This document shows, piece after piece, positions 1 through 8,362 of a DNA stretch of 64,000 bases. Each line of letters starts with the position of its first letter. Within the stretch, counting starts at the first letter, position 1. Source of the stretch: Tolypothrix carrinoi HA7290-LM1 (GTDB lineage: Bacteria > Cyanobacteriota > Cyanobacteriia > Cyanobacteriales > Nostocaceae); assembly GCA_019358935.1 (NCBI GenBank), contig JAHHIK010000036.1, forward strand, positions 1-64,000. Reading direction: 5' to 3'. Made by a program: the position numbers and the translations under genes. A model generated the notes under the pieces. It did no database searches, was not told where the DNA came from, and saw nothing but the letters and a program-made list of their open reading frames with translations.

Positions 1-155
1 TGAATACTGGTAACAACGGCATCGGCACGTTGGCGCTACGCACCAACGCCACTTTGTTGTACGCGATCGCATGAATTGAGTGATCACAAGCCGTATCAAT
101 CGATAACCCGCAACTTGGGTTAGTAGTCCACCAGATTAATTTTGATGAACTGCGA

Positions 156-187
156 GATCCCCGACTTCTCCAATAAGTCGGGGATCT
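156..187. repeat. Palindromic small dispersed repeat (GATCCCCGACTT-N7-AAGTCGGGGATC)
   Basis: 12-bp perfect inverted repeat; related copies at ~16643-16677 and ~57362-57394. Confidence 0.7.
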
Positions 188-234
188 GACCCCTCGCAAG
201 TATCCCTATTTTTTTGGCGATGTGAGAAAATACG

Positions 235-291
235 AAAAAAACCGCGATCGCGGTCGGGAAATTTATCCACAAACTGCGATCGCGGTTTTTT
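235..291. terminator. Hairpin downstream of hsp20 with HIP1 in both arms; probable terminator
   Basis: AAAAAAACCGCGATCGCGGT...ACTGCGATCGCGGTTTTTTT inverted repeat with A/T runs at both ends. Confidence 0.55.
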
Positions 292-348
292 TACATACCA
301 CCAAATCAAACCAATGTCAATTAAGCAGCTTTAGCTTCTTCAGTTTGG

Positions 349-810
349 TTAGCTTCGATTCGCTGTTTGAGCAGTATTATCTGCTAAATTAATTTTCACA
401 ACTTGGTTACGTGCTTCGATTACTTTGGGCAGTGTCAGCGTCAAAATACCATCTTTGAATTCAGCTTGCACCTTGTTGTTCTCAATCGCAACTGGTAGAG
501 GAATTACCCGTTGGAACTTACCATAGCGGAATTCAGAACGGAAGGAACTACCATTTTCAGCTTGATTTTCCTGACGCTTTTCGCCGGAAATAGCCACTAC
601 TTGCTGTGTCACCCGGATATTTAAATCTTTAGCTTCCACACCGGGAATTGATAAGCGCAAAATCAGGTTATTATTTGTATCTTCCAGTTCAGCCGCAGGC
701 TTCCAAGTAATAGCATCGCGCTTTTGGGTTAACATTTCATCAAAAATTTGATTCATTTGACGGTGTAGAGTTTGCATTTCTGTGAAAGGTTGCCAACGAA
801 TGATTGCCAT
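349..810 (-). CDS. hspA: Hsp20/alpha-crystallin small heat shock protein
   Basis: MAIIRWQPF start, SEFRYGKFQRVIPLP and AEFKDGILTLTLPK alpha-crystallin motifs; start moved from 855 to ATG at 810. Confidence 0.9.
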   Translation of the reverse strand: MAIIRWQPFTEMQTLHRQMNQIFDEMLTQKRDAITWKPAAELEDTNNNLILRLSIPGVEAKDLNIRVTQQVVAISGEKRQENQAENGSSFRSEFRYGKFQRVIPLPVAIENNKVQAEFKDGILTLTLPKVIEARNQVVKINLADNTAQTANRS

Positions 811-891
811 AGTTAACGTACTTCGATTGCTCTTTGTAATTGACTTTTGTTTCATACCTCTCTATAATGCCTGCGCCTTACTTAAAAGTTT

Positions 892-907
892 GTGAGGTAA
901 ACCGGAT
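892..907 (-). promoter_or_regulatory. K-box-like element upstream of hsp20
   Basis: Minus strand reads ATCCGG-TTTA-CCTCAC, a partial match to the cyanobacterial heat-shock K-box GTTCGG-NNAN-CCNNAC. Confidence 0.3.
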
Positions 908-935
908 CGAGATGGGAGTGAATACCAGAAATTAA

Positions 936-1140
936 TTGGGGCAATGGGCCCTATCGCAATGGGCATTGGGGAGGCAGTGCGTTGGACGGGTTTCCCGGCA
1001 GACGCGCACCTGCCGTCATTGGGCATTGGTAATTGGGAACGTGGTAATTGTCCCCCTGCTCCCCCTTGTCTCCCTTGTCTCCCCTGCCCCCTGCCCCCTG
1101 CCCTATGCCCTATGCCCCATTCCCCATTCCCCATTTCCCG
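936..1140. repeat. STRR heptamer arrays plus a small dispersed repeat
   Basis: GGGCATT, CCTTGTC, CCCCTGC and CCCCATT heptamer runs. Confidence 0.85.
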
Positions 1141-1237
1141 ATTATGTAATAGGCGATCGCAATCTCTTTCCAGGCAACTGCCATACAATTAAAACCAGAG
1201 CAGCGCTACTAGCAGACTTCCTTTTGAACTGTCAAGT

Positions 1238-1255
1238 TGTTTAAAGTTATGTAGC
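1238..1255 (-). promoter_or_regulatory. HLR1-like (RpaB) direct repeat upstream of psaC
   Basis: Reverse strand GCTACATA-ac-TTTAAACA resembles (G/T)TTACA(T/A)(T/A)-N2 repeats; a TAAACT -10-like hexamer follows at ~1287. Confidence 0.35.
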
Positions 1256-1350
1256 CTTTTGCTTACAGGTGCTAGAACACTGCGGTAAACTATGCCTTGA
1301 TTATGATTCTTTGGCAGAGAATAACACTTCAGTAAGGAGATTTTTTTTCA

Positions 1351-1599
1351 ATGTCTCATACCGTAAAAATCTACGATACCTGCATTGGTTGCACCCAATG
1401 CGTCCGCGCTTGCCCTACAGACGTGCTGGAGATGGTTCCTTGGGATGGCTGCAAAGCCCAACAAATTGCCTCTTCACCCCGCACAGAAGACTGCGTAGGT
1501 TGCAAGCGGTGTGAAACTGCTTGCCCCACTGACTTTTTGAGCATCCGGGTTTACCTGTCAAATGCCGAAACCACTCGCAGTATGGGTCTGGCTTACTAA
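1351..1599 (+). CDS. psaC: Photosystem I iron-sulfur centre subunit PsaC
   Basis: [22 protein letters not shown] and [12 protein letters not shown] 2x[4Fe-4S] motifs; [11 protein letters not shown]-terminus. Confidence 0.99.
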   Translation: MSHTVKIYDTCIGCTQCVRACPTDVLEMVPWDGCKAQQIASSPRTEDCVGCKRCETACPTDFLSIRVYLSNAETTRSMGLAY

Positions 1600-1665
1600 G
1601 AAATTCACCAGAATTTCTGATTATACTGGCAATTTACAGTCAATAGCAAGCAGATAACAAGATTG

Positions 1666-1716
1666 TAGGGTAGTAATTATACACTATTAATTTGAATAGC
1701 GTCTACTTACTACCCT
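1666..1716 (+). terminator. Stem-loop after psaC
   Basis: TAGGGTAGTAA...TTACTACCCTA inverted repeat. Confidence 0.45.
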
Positions 1717-1896
1717 ATAAAAATATCTGATGATGGCGAAAGTCGAAAATAAGATTGCACTATCGACTGATACAGAAAGCAAATTGCTCTTTTTATTTGT
1801 TCACATATAAACTTTGTTGAAAGTTAGCGAAAACCCCGCATTTGTGTTAACAACTATACTGGGTTTAGTCATCCTCAAAACAAAGTGGTGTGAGCA

Positions 1897-3777
1897 ATGT
1901 GCGGCATTGTAGGTTATATCGGCACTCAAGCAGCGACAGAAATTTTGCTCTCTGGGCTGGAAAAACTCGAGTATAGGGGTTACGATTCCGCCGGAATCGC
2001 CACTATTTGGGAAGGTGAGGTTAATTGCGTTCGCGCCAAAGGTAAACTGCATAACCTACGTTCCAAACTAGAAGCAGTAGAAGCCCCGGCACAAATTGGT
2101 ATTGGTCACACTCGCTGGGCGACTCATGGTAAGCCAGAAGAGTATAATGCTCATCCACACATGGATACAGCAATGCGGGTGGCGGTGGTGCAAAATGGCA
2201 TTATTGAAAACTACCGCGAGTTACGCCAGGATCTCAAACAAAAAGGCTATGTGTTTCGTTCCGAAACCGATACAGAAGTAATTCCCCACTTAATCGCCGA
2301 ATTCTTAAAAAACCCCCCCTCTTCCACCTTCCCCCATTCCTCTCCCTTCTTCGAGGCAGTGCGTCAAGCTGTGAATAAATTAGAGGGGGCATTTGCGATC
2401 GCCTGCGTTTGTGCTGACTTTCCCGATGAACTGATCGCCATCCGACAACAAGCACCGCTGGTGATTGGTTTTGGTCAAGGCGAATTTTTCTGCGCTTCGG
2501 ATACGCCGGCGATCGTTTCTCATACCCGTGCGGTGCTAACCCTGGAAAATGGCGAAATGGCACGGTTGACACCTTTAGGGGTGGAAATATATAACTTTGC
2601 CGGTGACAGGTTGAAAAAACAACCGCGCTTGCTCAACTTGAGTCCCATGATGGTAGAAAAGCAGGGATTCAAGCACTTCATGCTCAAGGAAATCTACGAG
2701 CAACCGGGAGTAGTCAGGGCTTGTTTAGAAGCTTACTTTACAAATGATGCATCTTCGCCGATTAATTTAAGCTTACCAGCAGAATTTTACGATGATTTAG
2801 AGCAAATTCAAATCCTCGCTTGCGGTACTAGTTGGCACGCAGCACTAATCGGTAAATACTTAATCGAACAATTGGCAGGAATTCCCACACAAGTGCAATA
2901 CGCTTCTGAGTTTCGCTATGCACCATCACCTTTGACAGCAAATACTCTCACAATTGGCGTAACTCAATCTGGCGAAACTGCTGATACACTAGCAGCTTTG
3001 GCGATGGAAAAAGAACGCCGCAGTGGTAGAGAACTCAAGTATCAACCGCGATTGCTGGGAATTACCAATCGTCCAGAAAGCACCTTGGGTGAAATGGTAT
3101 CTCAGATTATTGATATTCATGGTGGACTAGAAATTGGGGTAGCGGCAACGAAAACTTTTATCGCTCAACTGATGGCATTTTATGCTTTAGCCTTAGATTT
3201 AGCTTATCGTCGTCAAACAATTTCTCCCGACCAATTAGAGGAAATTATTACCTCTTTGCGACAGATTCCTAAAGAAATTGAAGCAACTTTGGAAAGTCAA
3301 GAAAATTTAATTGAACAGTTAGCGCACGACTTTGCAGAAACCACAGATTTTATCTTTGTGGGTAGGGGAATTAACTTCCCCATCGCTTTAGAAGGAGCGT
3401 TGAAATTAAAAGAAATCAGCTATATTCATGCTGAGGGCTATCCAGCAGGGGAAATGAAACACGGTCCGATCGCTCTATTAGATGCGAAAGTACCGGTAGT
3501 GGCGATCGCTATGCCTGGTAATGTTTACGAAAAGGTGCTTTCTAACGCTCAAGAAGCAAAAGCCAGAGATTCGCGCTTAATTGGTGTGACTCCCGTCAAC
3601 GATGGTGAAGCAGCGGAAATCTTTAACGACTTGCTCCCCGTCTCCAACGTGGATGAATTACTTTCGCCAATCCTAACTGTAATTCCTTTGCAATTATTAG
3701 CTTATCATATCGCAGCGCGGCGCGGTTTAGATGTCGATCAGCCCAGAAATTTAGCCAAGTCGGTAACAGTAGAATAA
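1897..3777 (+). CDS. glmS: Glutamine-fructose-6-phosphate transaminase
   Basis: MCGIVG N-terminus, GHTRWATHG, two SIS domains, DVDQPRNLAKSVTVE C-terminus. Confidence 0.99.
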   Translation: MCGIVGYIGTQAATEILLSGLEKLEYRGYDSAGIATIWEGEVNCVRAKGKLHNLRSKLEAVEAPAQIGIGHTRWATHGKPEEYNAHPHMDTAMRVAVVQNGIIENYRELRQDLKQKGYVFRSETDTEVIPHLIAEFLKNPPSSTFPHSSPFFEAVRQAVNKLEGAFAIACVCADFPDELIAIRQQAPLVIGFGQGEFFCASDTPAIVSHTRAVLTLENGEMARLTPLGVEIYNFAGDRLKKQPRLLNLSPMMVEKQGFKHFMLKEIYEQPGVVRACLEAYFTNDASSPINLSLPAEFYDDLEQIQILACGTSWHAALIGKYLIEQLAGIPTQVQYASEFRYAPSPLTANTLTIGVTQSGETADTLAALAMEKERRSGRELKYQPRLLGITNRPESTLGEMVSQIIDIHGGLEIGVAATKTFIAQLMAFYALALDLAYRRQTISPDQLEEIITSLRQIPKEIEATLESQENLIEQLAHDFAETTDFIFVGRGINFPIALEGALKLKEISYIHAEGYPAGEMKHGPIALLDAKVPVVAIAMPGNVYEKVLSNAQEAKARDSRLIGVTPVNDGEAAEIFNDLLPVSNVDELLSPILTVIPLQLLAYHIAARRGLDVDQPRNLAKSVTVE

Positions 3778-3948
3778 TTTCGTAGTGAGGACTTTAGTCC
3801 TCTCTAGAAAAATAACCTTTGAAGTAGTACGATCGCCTTAATGTAGGCGTGCGATCGCTCTTTTAAGGTTATTTTTTCTGGTCAGGAGCAGAGGAGAATG
3901 GACGCAAGCTAAAGAAAGAGCGCTACATGTCCGTTTTTCATTAACCAA

Positions 3949-3979
3949 TTGCTATTATGTAAGTACACCATGTACATAC
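3949..3979 (+). promoter_or_regulatory. Putative toxin-antitoxin promoter with palindromic operator
   Basis: TTGCTA (-35-like) followed by GTAAGTACA-cca-TGTACATAC inverted repeat just upstream of the antitoxin ATG. Confidence 0.5.
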
Positions 3980-3987
3980 GCCTGAAT

Positions 3988-4335
3988 ATGAGCAACTCCT
4001 ACAGCATTCGTAGTACTAAAATTGGTAACAGTGCAGGGTTTAGGCTACCGGCTGAGTTTTATCGGGAGCATCCTCAGTTTGCCAATGCAGATGGTTGGAT
4101 AGAGGTATTGTCGCCGGATACAGCAATTTTGCGAATAGTGCCTCAACCGACTGATGATGAAGACGCAGAAGATTCAGTAATGATGCGGCTCTTTCTCGAT
4201 TTTGCTATGACAGAAGCGTTAAAAAATAATACACTGCAACCTTATACAACTGAAATGTCTGAGGCTGCCCATAAACTTATTGCGAGTGTAGAATTAGACG
4301 ATGAGTTGTTAGAAGATGGCGAATTTTGCAAGTAA
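3988..4335 (+). CDS. AbrB/MazE/PrlF-like antitoxin
   Basis: N-terminal KIGNSAGFRLP swapped-hairpin motif, acidic C-terminus, 20-bp overlap with the downstream toxin. Confidence 0.75.
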   Translation: MSNSYSIRSTKIGNSAGFRLPAEFYREHPQFANADGWIEVLSPDTAILRIVPQPTDDEDAEDSVMMRLFLDFAMTEALKNNTLQPYTTEMSEAAHKLIASVELDDELLEDGEFCK

Positions 4336-4759
4336 TGGTTGGGAAGTTTACTATCATCCGCAACTATTTGGCACTCAATATCAAAAATTATTTTCGCGCG
4401 TTTCCCGTCTACAAAAGCAATTACCGGAGGCTGAATATAAAACCCATGCAACGGTAAAGTTATTTGCGGCAATTACTATTGCGATTGAAACGAAGATTCC
4501 CTCTGACCCGTTGGCAAGTCATTTTGCCTTGACAGGTGCGTTAAAACGCTATGGACGGGTGAAAAAGATAAGCTCACCGGAACGGTATCGGCTGTTTTTT
4601 CGGGCATTCGATACCGAAGAGTTGAAAGCGATCGCTATTTTGTGGTTAGGATTTCCGCGTAAAGAGGGGGCTAAGGATGACTGCTACCGCGTGTTTACTA
4701 AGATGGTTGAAGCCGGGAGATTTCCCGACAGTTTAGATGAGTTGCTGGCTGATGCATGA
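4316..4759 (+). CDS. Type II toxin-antitoxin toxin, YhaV-like (RelE superfamily RNase)
   Basis: NGWEVYYHPQLF, IPSDP, RYRLFFR, DCYRVFTKMVEAGRFPDSLDEL pattern resembles YhaV; 147 aa, basic. Confidence 0.8.
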   Translation: MANFASNGWEVYYHPQLFGTQYQKLFSRVSRLQKQLPEAEYKTHATVKLFAAITIAIETKIPSDPLASHFALTGALKRYGRVKKISSPERYRLFFRAFDTEELKAIAILWLGFPRKEGAKDDCYRVFTKMVEAGRFPDSLDELLADA

Positions 4760-4775
4760 GGTGATGGAGGATGAA

Positions 4776-4898
4776 TAGACTTCTTGCAGAAGTGGGGGAA
4801 AGGGGAAAGGGGAAAGGGGAAAGGGTAAGAAAAACCCCTCTGCTTTAACTTTTTTTCTTTGCCTAAGATTGCACTCACTTACTTTTGCAAGAGGTCTA
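4776..4898. mobile_element. MITE-like element, ~123 bp
   Basis: TIRs TAGACTTCTTGCAGAAGT / ACTTTTGCAAGAGGTCTA (16/18 match) with an internal GGGGAAA heptamer run. Confidence 0.7.
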
Positions 4899-4904
4899 AT
4901 GCTA

Positions 4905-5018
4905 ATACCGTTTCTATATGAAGATGCGCCTAATTAGCCCACGAAGGTGGGCTTTGTTTGTGTAGCCCCAGGCTTCCAGCCTGAGGGCAATCAAACGCAA
5001 CCTCACTAGAATTGGTAT
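4905..5018. mobile_element. MITE-like element with internal REP-like hairpins
   Basis: Imperfect TIRs ATACCGTTTCTATATGAAGATGCG / CGCAACCTCACTAGAATTGGTAT; internal AGCCCACGAAGGTGGGCT hairpin. Confidence 0.55.
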
Positions 5019-5025
5019 AAGGAAG

Positions 5026-5103
5026 TGCGATCGCATATTCAGCAATCATACGACTAAAATCTGTCGGTAAATGGTGACATTCCTCAAAAATAATCAAAGC
5101 ATA
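5026..5103 (-). pseudogene. Fragment of an SF2 (DExH, XPB/Rad25-like) helicase gene
   Basis: Reads YALIIFEECHHLPTDFSRMIAEYAIA, a Walker B DECH region; ends at a HIP1 site. Confidence 0.6.
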
Positions 5104-5237
5104 ATCAAACAGCGTGGTGAAAATATCAAGCATCTCAAAATTTAACGGAAAATCGAGATTCTTCCCTCCACTTCGTTGCCTTAAGAATGACGAAATCTCC
5201 CTTACGCATACTTTTAAAACATCCTCGAAGTCAAAAG

Positions 5238-7856
5238 CTAAAATCGCAAACGACGCTTCACAAATAACCGTATTTGCTTAAATCTAACTAACTTAGGATA
5301 AACAGGAATAAAAGACAGCTTTTGCTTGCTAAATCTAACTGCTAACGTCCTTGCTGAAGTGAAAACTGCGGCTTCATAAATGTCTATTTCCCAAAGTTGG
5401 ATGATTTTTTTTAACGCTTCTGCATTGCCAATATTACCCAAAGCCGATGCCGCGTTGCGTCTGACGTTAGAATTAGAGTCCTTGAGGGCGGCGATTAATT
5501 TCTGAAACATCCGTGAATTGACTTTTCCCAATGCCACTACAACCGATTCAATAAAATTAGCTTTGGGGTAACGTCGCCAAAATTTGTAAATCTTGTTGAT
5601 TATCTCGGCAATTAATTCGGAATTTTGGCTGATTCCACGAGAAGCCTCTTTATTCTGCTGAACTTCAACAATACATCTCCCCGCCAATAATAACAGCGTC
5701 TGAAAAATATCATCCTTTTCTTTAAACAACGCTTCTATCAACAGCATGGGATTTTCCATTAAACTTGCCAATAAAGTCAAAGTTTCATGGAAATCATATT
5801 CCCAAAATAGTTCTCTTGCTAAACCAATACCATCACGGGGATTATTTTTAATCGCTTGATTGAGATAATATGCTGTGAAATATTCCTGAAAAGTGCGATG
5901 TAAAAATAAATATTGCTCTCCCTCTCGTGAAAGCTTTTGAATAATTCCATCTGCTTCCGAAAGTTCTTTAATTAATTCCTCAGTAGTATTATTTCTCAAA
6001 TCGCGAATTTCTTGCTTGTTTAAATATGTTTCAATTCGATTATGCAATTCATCACGAGAAAAAACTTCTTTGCCATCGCTGCTAAACTTATATGCCAGTT
6101 CAGCCAATAATTTCTTTTTAGCAATCACATTTTCAGAAGATAATCGATTATTATCATTCCTCCATTGACTCAACATATAATCTACAGCTTTTTCATAAAC
6201 CTGGGCGCGACGTGCGGGAAGCGTCAGCCCTTTGGTTTGATACAAGCTACACAGCAAAGATAAAAGTAGGGGATTTTGTGCTAAACCAGCAATTTGTGGT
6301 TTATTTTGTATTTCGTCAATCAGCCCTTTTGCGGAAACAGAATCATCCTCAATATAACCAGCCGCATTCTTAAACCAAATTTGAATATATGCTTCTGTTT
6401 GCTTTTGACTAAAAGGAACAATTTCAACTTCCTTAGCGCCATCTACAAAAGCACCACCATAACCGACAATTCTGGAAGTACAAATAATTGGACAAGAATA
6501 ATTTCTCAGAAAACGGTTGAGCTTTTCTTTTAAACGAAGGCGATGTTTTTGTGGAACTTCATCCAAAGCATCTAAAAGTAAAAGACATTTACCATTATTT
6601 AATTTATCTGATAATAAATATTTGATAGATTTTGCTATTTTTGGATAATCTCTCTCAATAATTCGAGGAATAGCATCGATAATTTCTCCCTCAGCTTCAT
6701 CCAAATCAGATAACCGCAAAAACAACGGAAATATTACATCATTTACACCCCCTTCCCTTGTAGGCAAGGAAGTATCTTGCTCCCCTCCCCTACAAGGGGA
6801 GGGGTTGGGGGAGAGGTCTCTTAATAATTTCTCTTTTTCCTCACGAGCAATTAAGCCAGCCTCCATCCTTAACAAAGTAGATTTTCCCATACCTGGGTCA
6901 GCCAAAAGCATAATTTTTTGATTTTCTTTTTTCGCCTCTTCCCAGTCAACAACAACTCGCTTTGTTTCCTCTTCTTTTCTCCTTTGCAATTCCTCATCAA
7001 AACCTTTCATCGCATAGAGTCGCTTAAATTCCGCCTCACCTTCTGTATATGCCCAGCTTGTTTCTATTTCATGTTTGTATTTTCTTTCTAAAGTTACTTT
7101 AATCGGGATATATTGCTCTTTCAGGATAATTCTTTCTTGAGTATGGAACAGTTTAATATATTTAAAAGATTCTTCAATATCTGCCAAAAAATTGCCAACA
7201 GCATTTTTCTCTGGTTCTAATCCCAGCTTGTCTAATATATCAAGAATATTATCCCAGCGAATTACATAACTTGCATCGCTTTTACTGGATTGAATCACTC
7301 CCACCACACCGCCCAACTCTTCAGCCAAAACCGCACCGCCACTACTTCCCGATTCAACCTTCGCATCAAGTTGGTGAGACAAAAACGCAGAATTTTCCTG
7401 TGGTAGCTTATTCCAGGGATTATTAAACTTTATTTCATTTTGATTGCGAATTTTATAAGTTGAAACTACATTCAGAGGCGCACTAGCACGAATACTTTGG
7501 GCAAAAACATCAAACCCTTCCGGAAAATTAGCCTTTTTTGCTGGCGGAAAACCATAGACTTTTACCGATGTTGATAGCTGTTGAGGATTAATAATTGTAA
7601 CCGCCTTTGCATCCTCAACATCTATCTTTAAAATCGCAATATCTACTTCTATATTTGATAAATCTTCGCACCATTCTGCCTGATAAACTTGTCCTTTATA
7701 TTCTACTATGAGTGCATCCAACAAATAGATAACATGATGACAGGTGACAAGATAGCCATCAGCGTGAATAATAAACCCAGAACCGCCAGTCTCCCCGTTA
7801 GAATGGAGGATTTTGACCATTGATTTTCTCAGGTCATCCAGGGTGTAATTGCTCAT
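5238..7856 (-). CDS. Trypsin-like serine protease - NACHT NTPase - HEAT repeat protein (NLR-like), ~872 aa
   Basis: GSGF..YLVTCHHV (His), DIAILK (Asp), GSSGG (Ser); Walker A ADPGMGKS, Walker B LLLLDALDE, CTSR, NPLLLSLLC, FLHRTFQEYF; one HEAT_PBS repeat. Start set at MSNYTLDD (7856) because the ORF extension to 8036 is repeat-derived. Confidence 0.88.
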   Translation of the reverse strand: MSNYTLDDLRKSMVKILHSNGETGGSGFIIHADGYLVTCHHVIYLLDALIVEYKGQVYQAEWCEDLSNIEVDIAILKIDVEDAKAVTIINPQQLSTSVKVYGFPPAKKANFPEGFDVFAQSIRASAPLNVVSTYKIRNQNEIKFNNPWNKLPQENSAFLSHQLDAKVESGSSGGAVLAEELGGVVGVIQSSKSDASYVIRWDNILDILDKLGLEPEKNAVGNFLADIEESFKYIKLFHTQERIILKEQYIPIKVTLERKYKHEIETSWAYTEGEAEFKRLYAMKGFDEELQRRKEEETKRVVVDWEEAKKENQKIMLLADPGMGKSTLLRMEAGLIAREEKEKLLRDLSPNPSPCRGGEQDTSLPTREGGVNDVIFPLFLRLSDLDEAEGEIIDAIPRIIERDYPKIAKSIKYLLSDKLNNGKCLLLLDALDEVPQKHRLRLKEKLNRFLRNYSCPIICTSRIVGYGGAFVDGAKEVEIVPFSQKQTEAYIQIWFKNAAGYIEDDSVSAKGLIDEIQNKPQIAGLAQNPLLLSLLCSLYQTKGLTLPARRAQVYEKAVDYMLSQWRNDNNRLSSENVIAKKKLLAELAYKFSSDGKEVFSRDELHNRIETYLNKQEIRDLRNNTTEELIKELSEADGIIQKLSREGEQYLFLHRTFQEYFTAYYLNQAIKNNPRDGIGLARELFWEYDFHETLTLLASLMENPMLLIEALFKEKDDIFQTLLLLAGRCIVEVQQNKEASRGISQNSELIAEIINKIYKFWRRYPKANFIESVVVALGKVNSRMFQKLIAALKDSNSNVRRNAASALGNIGNAEALKKIIQLWEIDIYEAAVFTSARTLAVRFSKQKLSFIPVYPKLVRFKQIRLFVKRRLRF
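6748..6818. repeat. In-frame small dispersed repeat inside the NACHT domain
   Basis: GC-rich CTCCCCTCCCCTACAAGGGGAGGGG hairpin in an AT-rich gene; encodes LSPNPSPCRGGEQDTSLPTREGG. Confidence 0.7.
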
Positions 7857-7909
7857 GTTGGTGAGATATACTAAAAACGGCTTAAAACTGTCATTCTGAG
7901 CGAAGCCCT

Positions 7910-8320
7910 TAGTACAGCATTTCATTAATTTGTAGCAAATTAAATTTGGCAATACCCTGCAATGCCAATGCATCCCGATGCAATGCCAATGCATCCCGAT
8001 GCAATGCCAATGCATCCCGATGCAATGCCAATGCATCCCGATGCAATCTTAATGCATCCCGATGCAATGCCAATGCATCCCGATGCAATCTTAATGCATC
8101 CCGATGCAATGCCAATGCATCCCGATGCAATGCCAATGCATCCCGATGCGTTTAAAAACGCTACCCCAGCTCGCAAACAAAGCCTACTGACCCAGAGACT
8201 AAGTACAATTTTGCGTAAAAGCGTAGCGTTTTTAAACGCAGAGGAACACAGAGTAAGCGCAGAGGGACGCAGAGTATGTGCGGAATTTAATTCGTTACGA
8301 ATTTATGCAATATTGTACTA
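7910..8320. mobile_element. MITE-like element, 411 bp, with 37-bp TIRs and tandem-repeat cargo
   Basis: Left end TAGTACAGCATTTCATTAATTTGTAGCAAATTAAATT matches the reverse complement of the right end at 30/37; no transposase. Confidence 0.75.
7958..8146. repeat. Nine tandem 21-bp repeats (TGCAATGCCAATGCATCCCGA)
   Basis: Units start at 7958, 7979 ... 8126; units 5 and 7 carry a GCC>CTT variant; no spacers. Confidence 0.95.
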
Positions 8321-8362
8321 AGACCAATGAATCAGTTTTCAGTCTGCTTGGGCGGACTTCGT

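Noticed and set aside
862..1244. Small ORFs over STRR tracts (also at ~14.2, 21.7, 24.9, 29.5, 31.0, 40.7, 47.6 and 62.1 kb)
   Set aside because: Low-complexity translations of heptamer repeats
3778..3860. Tn7/CAST end at the glmS attachment site
   Set aside because: No TGT terminus or repeated TnsB sites about 25 bp after the stop codon, and no tns genes
7958..8146. CRISPR array
   Set aside because: Head-to-tail 21-bp units with no unique spacers, and no cas genes in the window
7857..8321. ORFs with MHWHCIG, ALHRDAL, NASRCNA and MPMHPDA repeats
   Set aside because: They arise from a stop-free 21-bp tandem repeat inside a MITE; no sign of real coding
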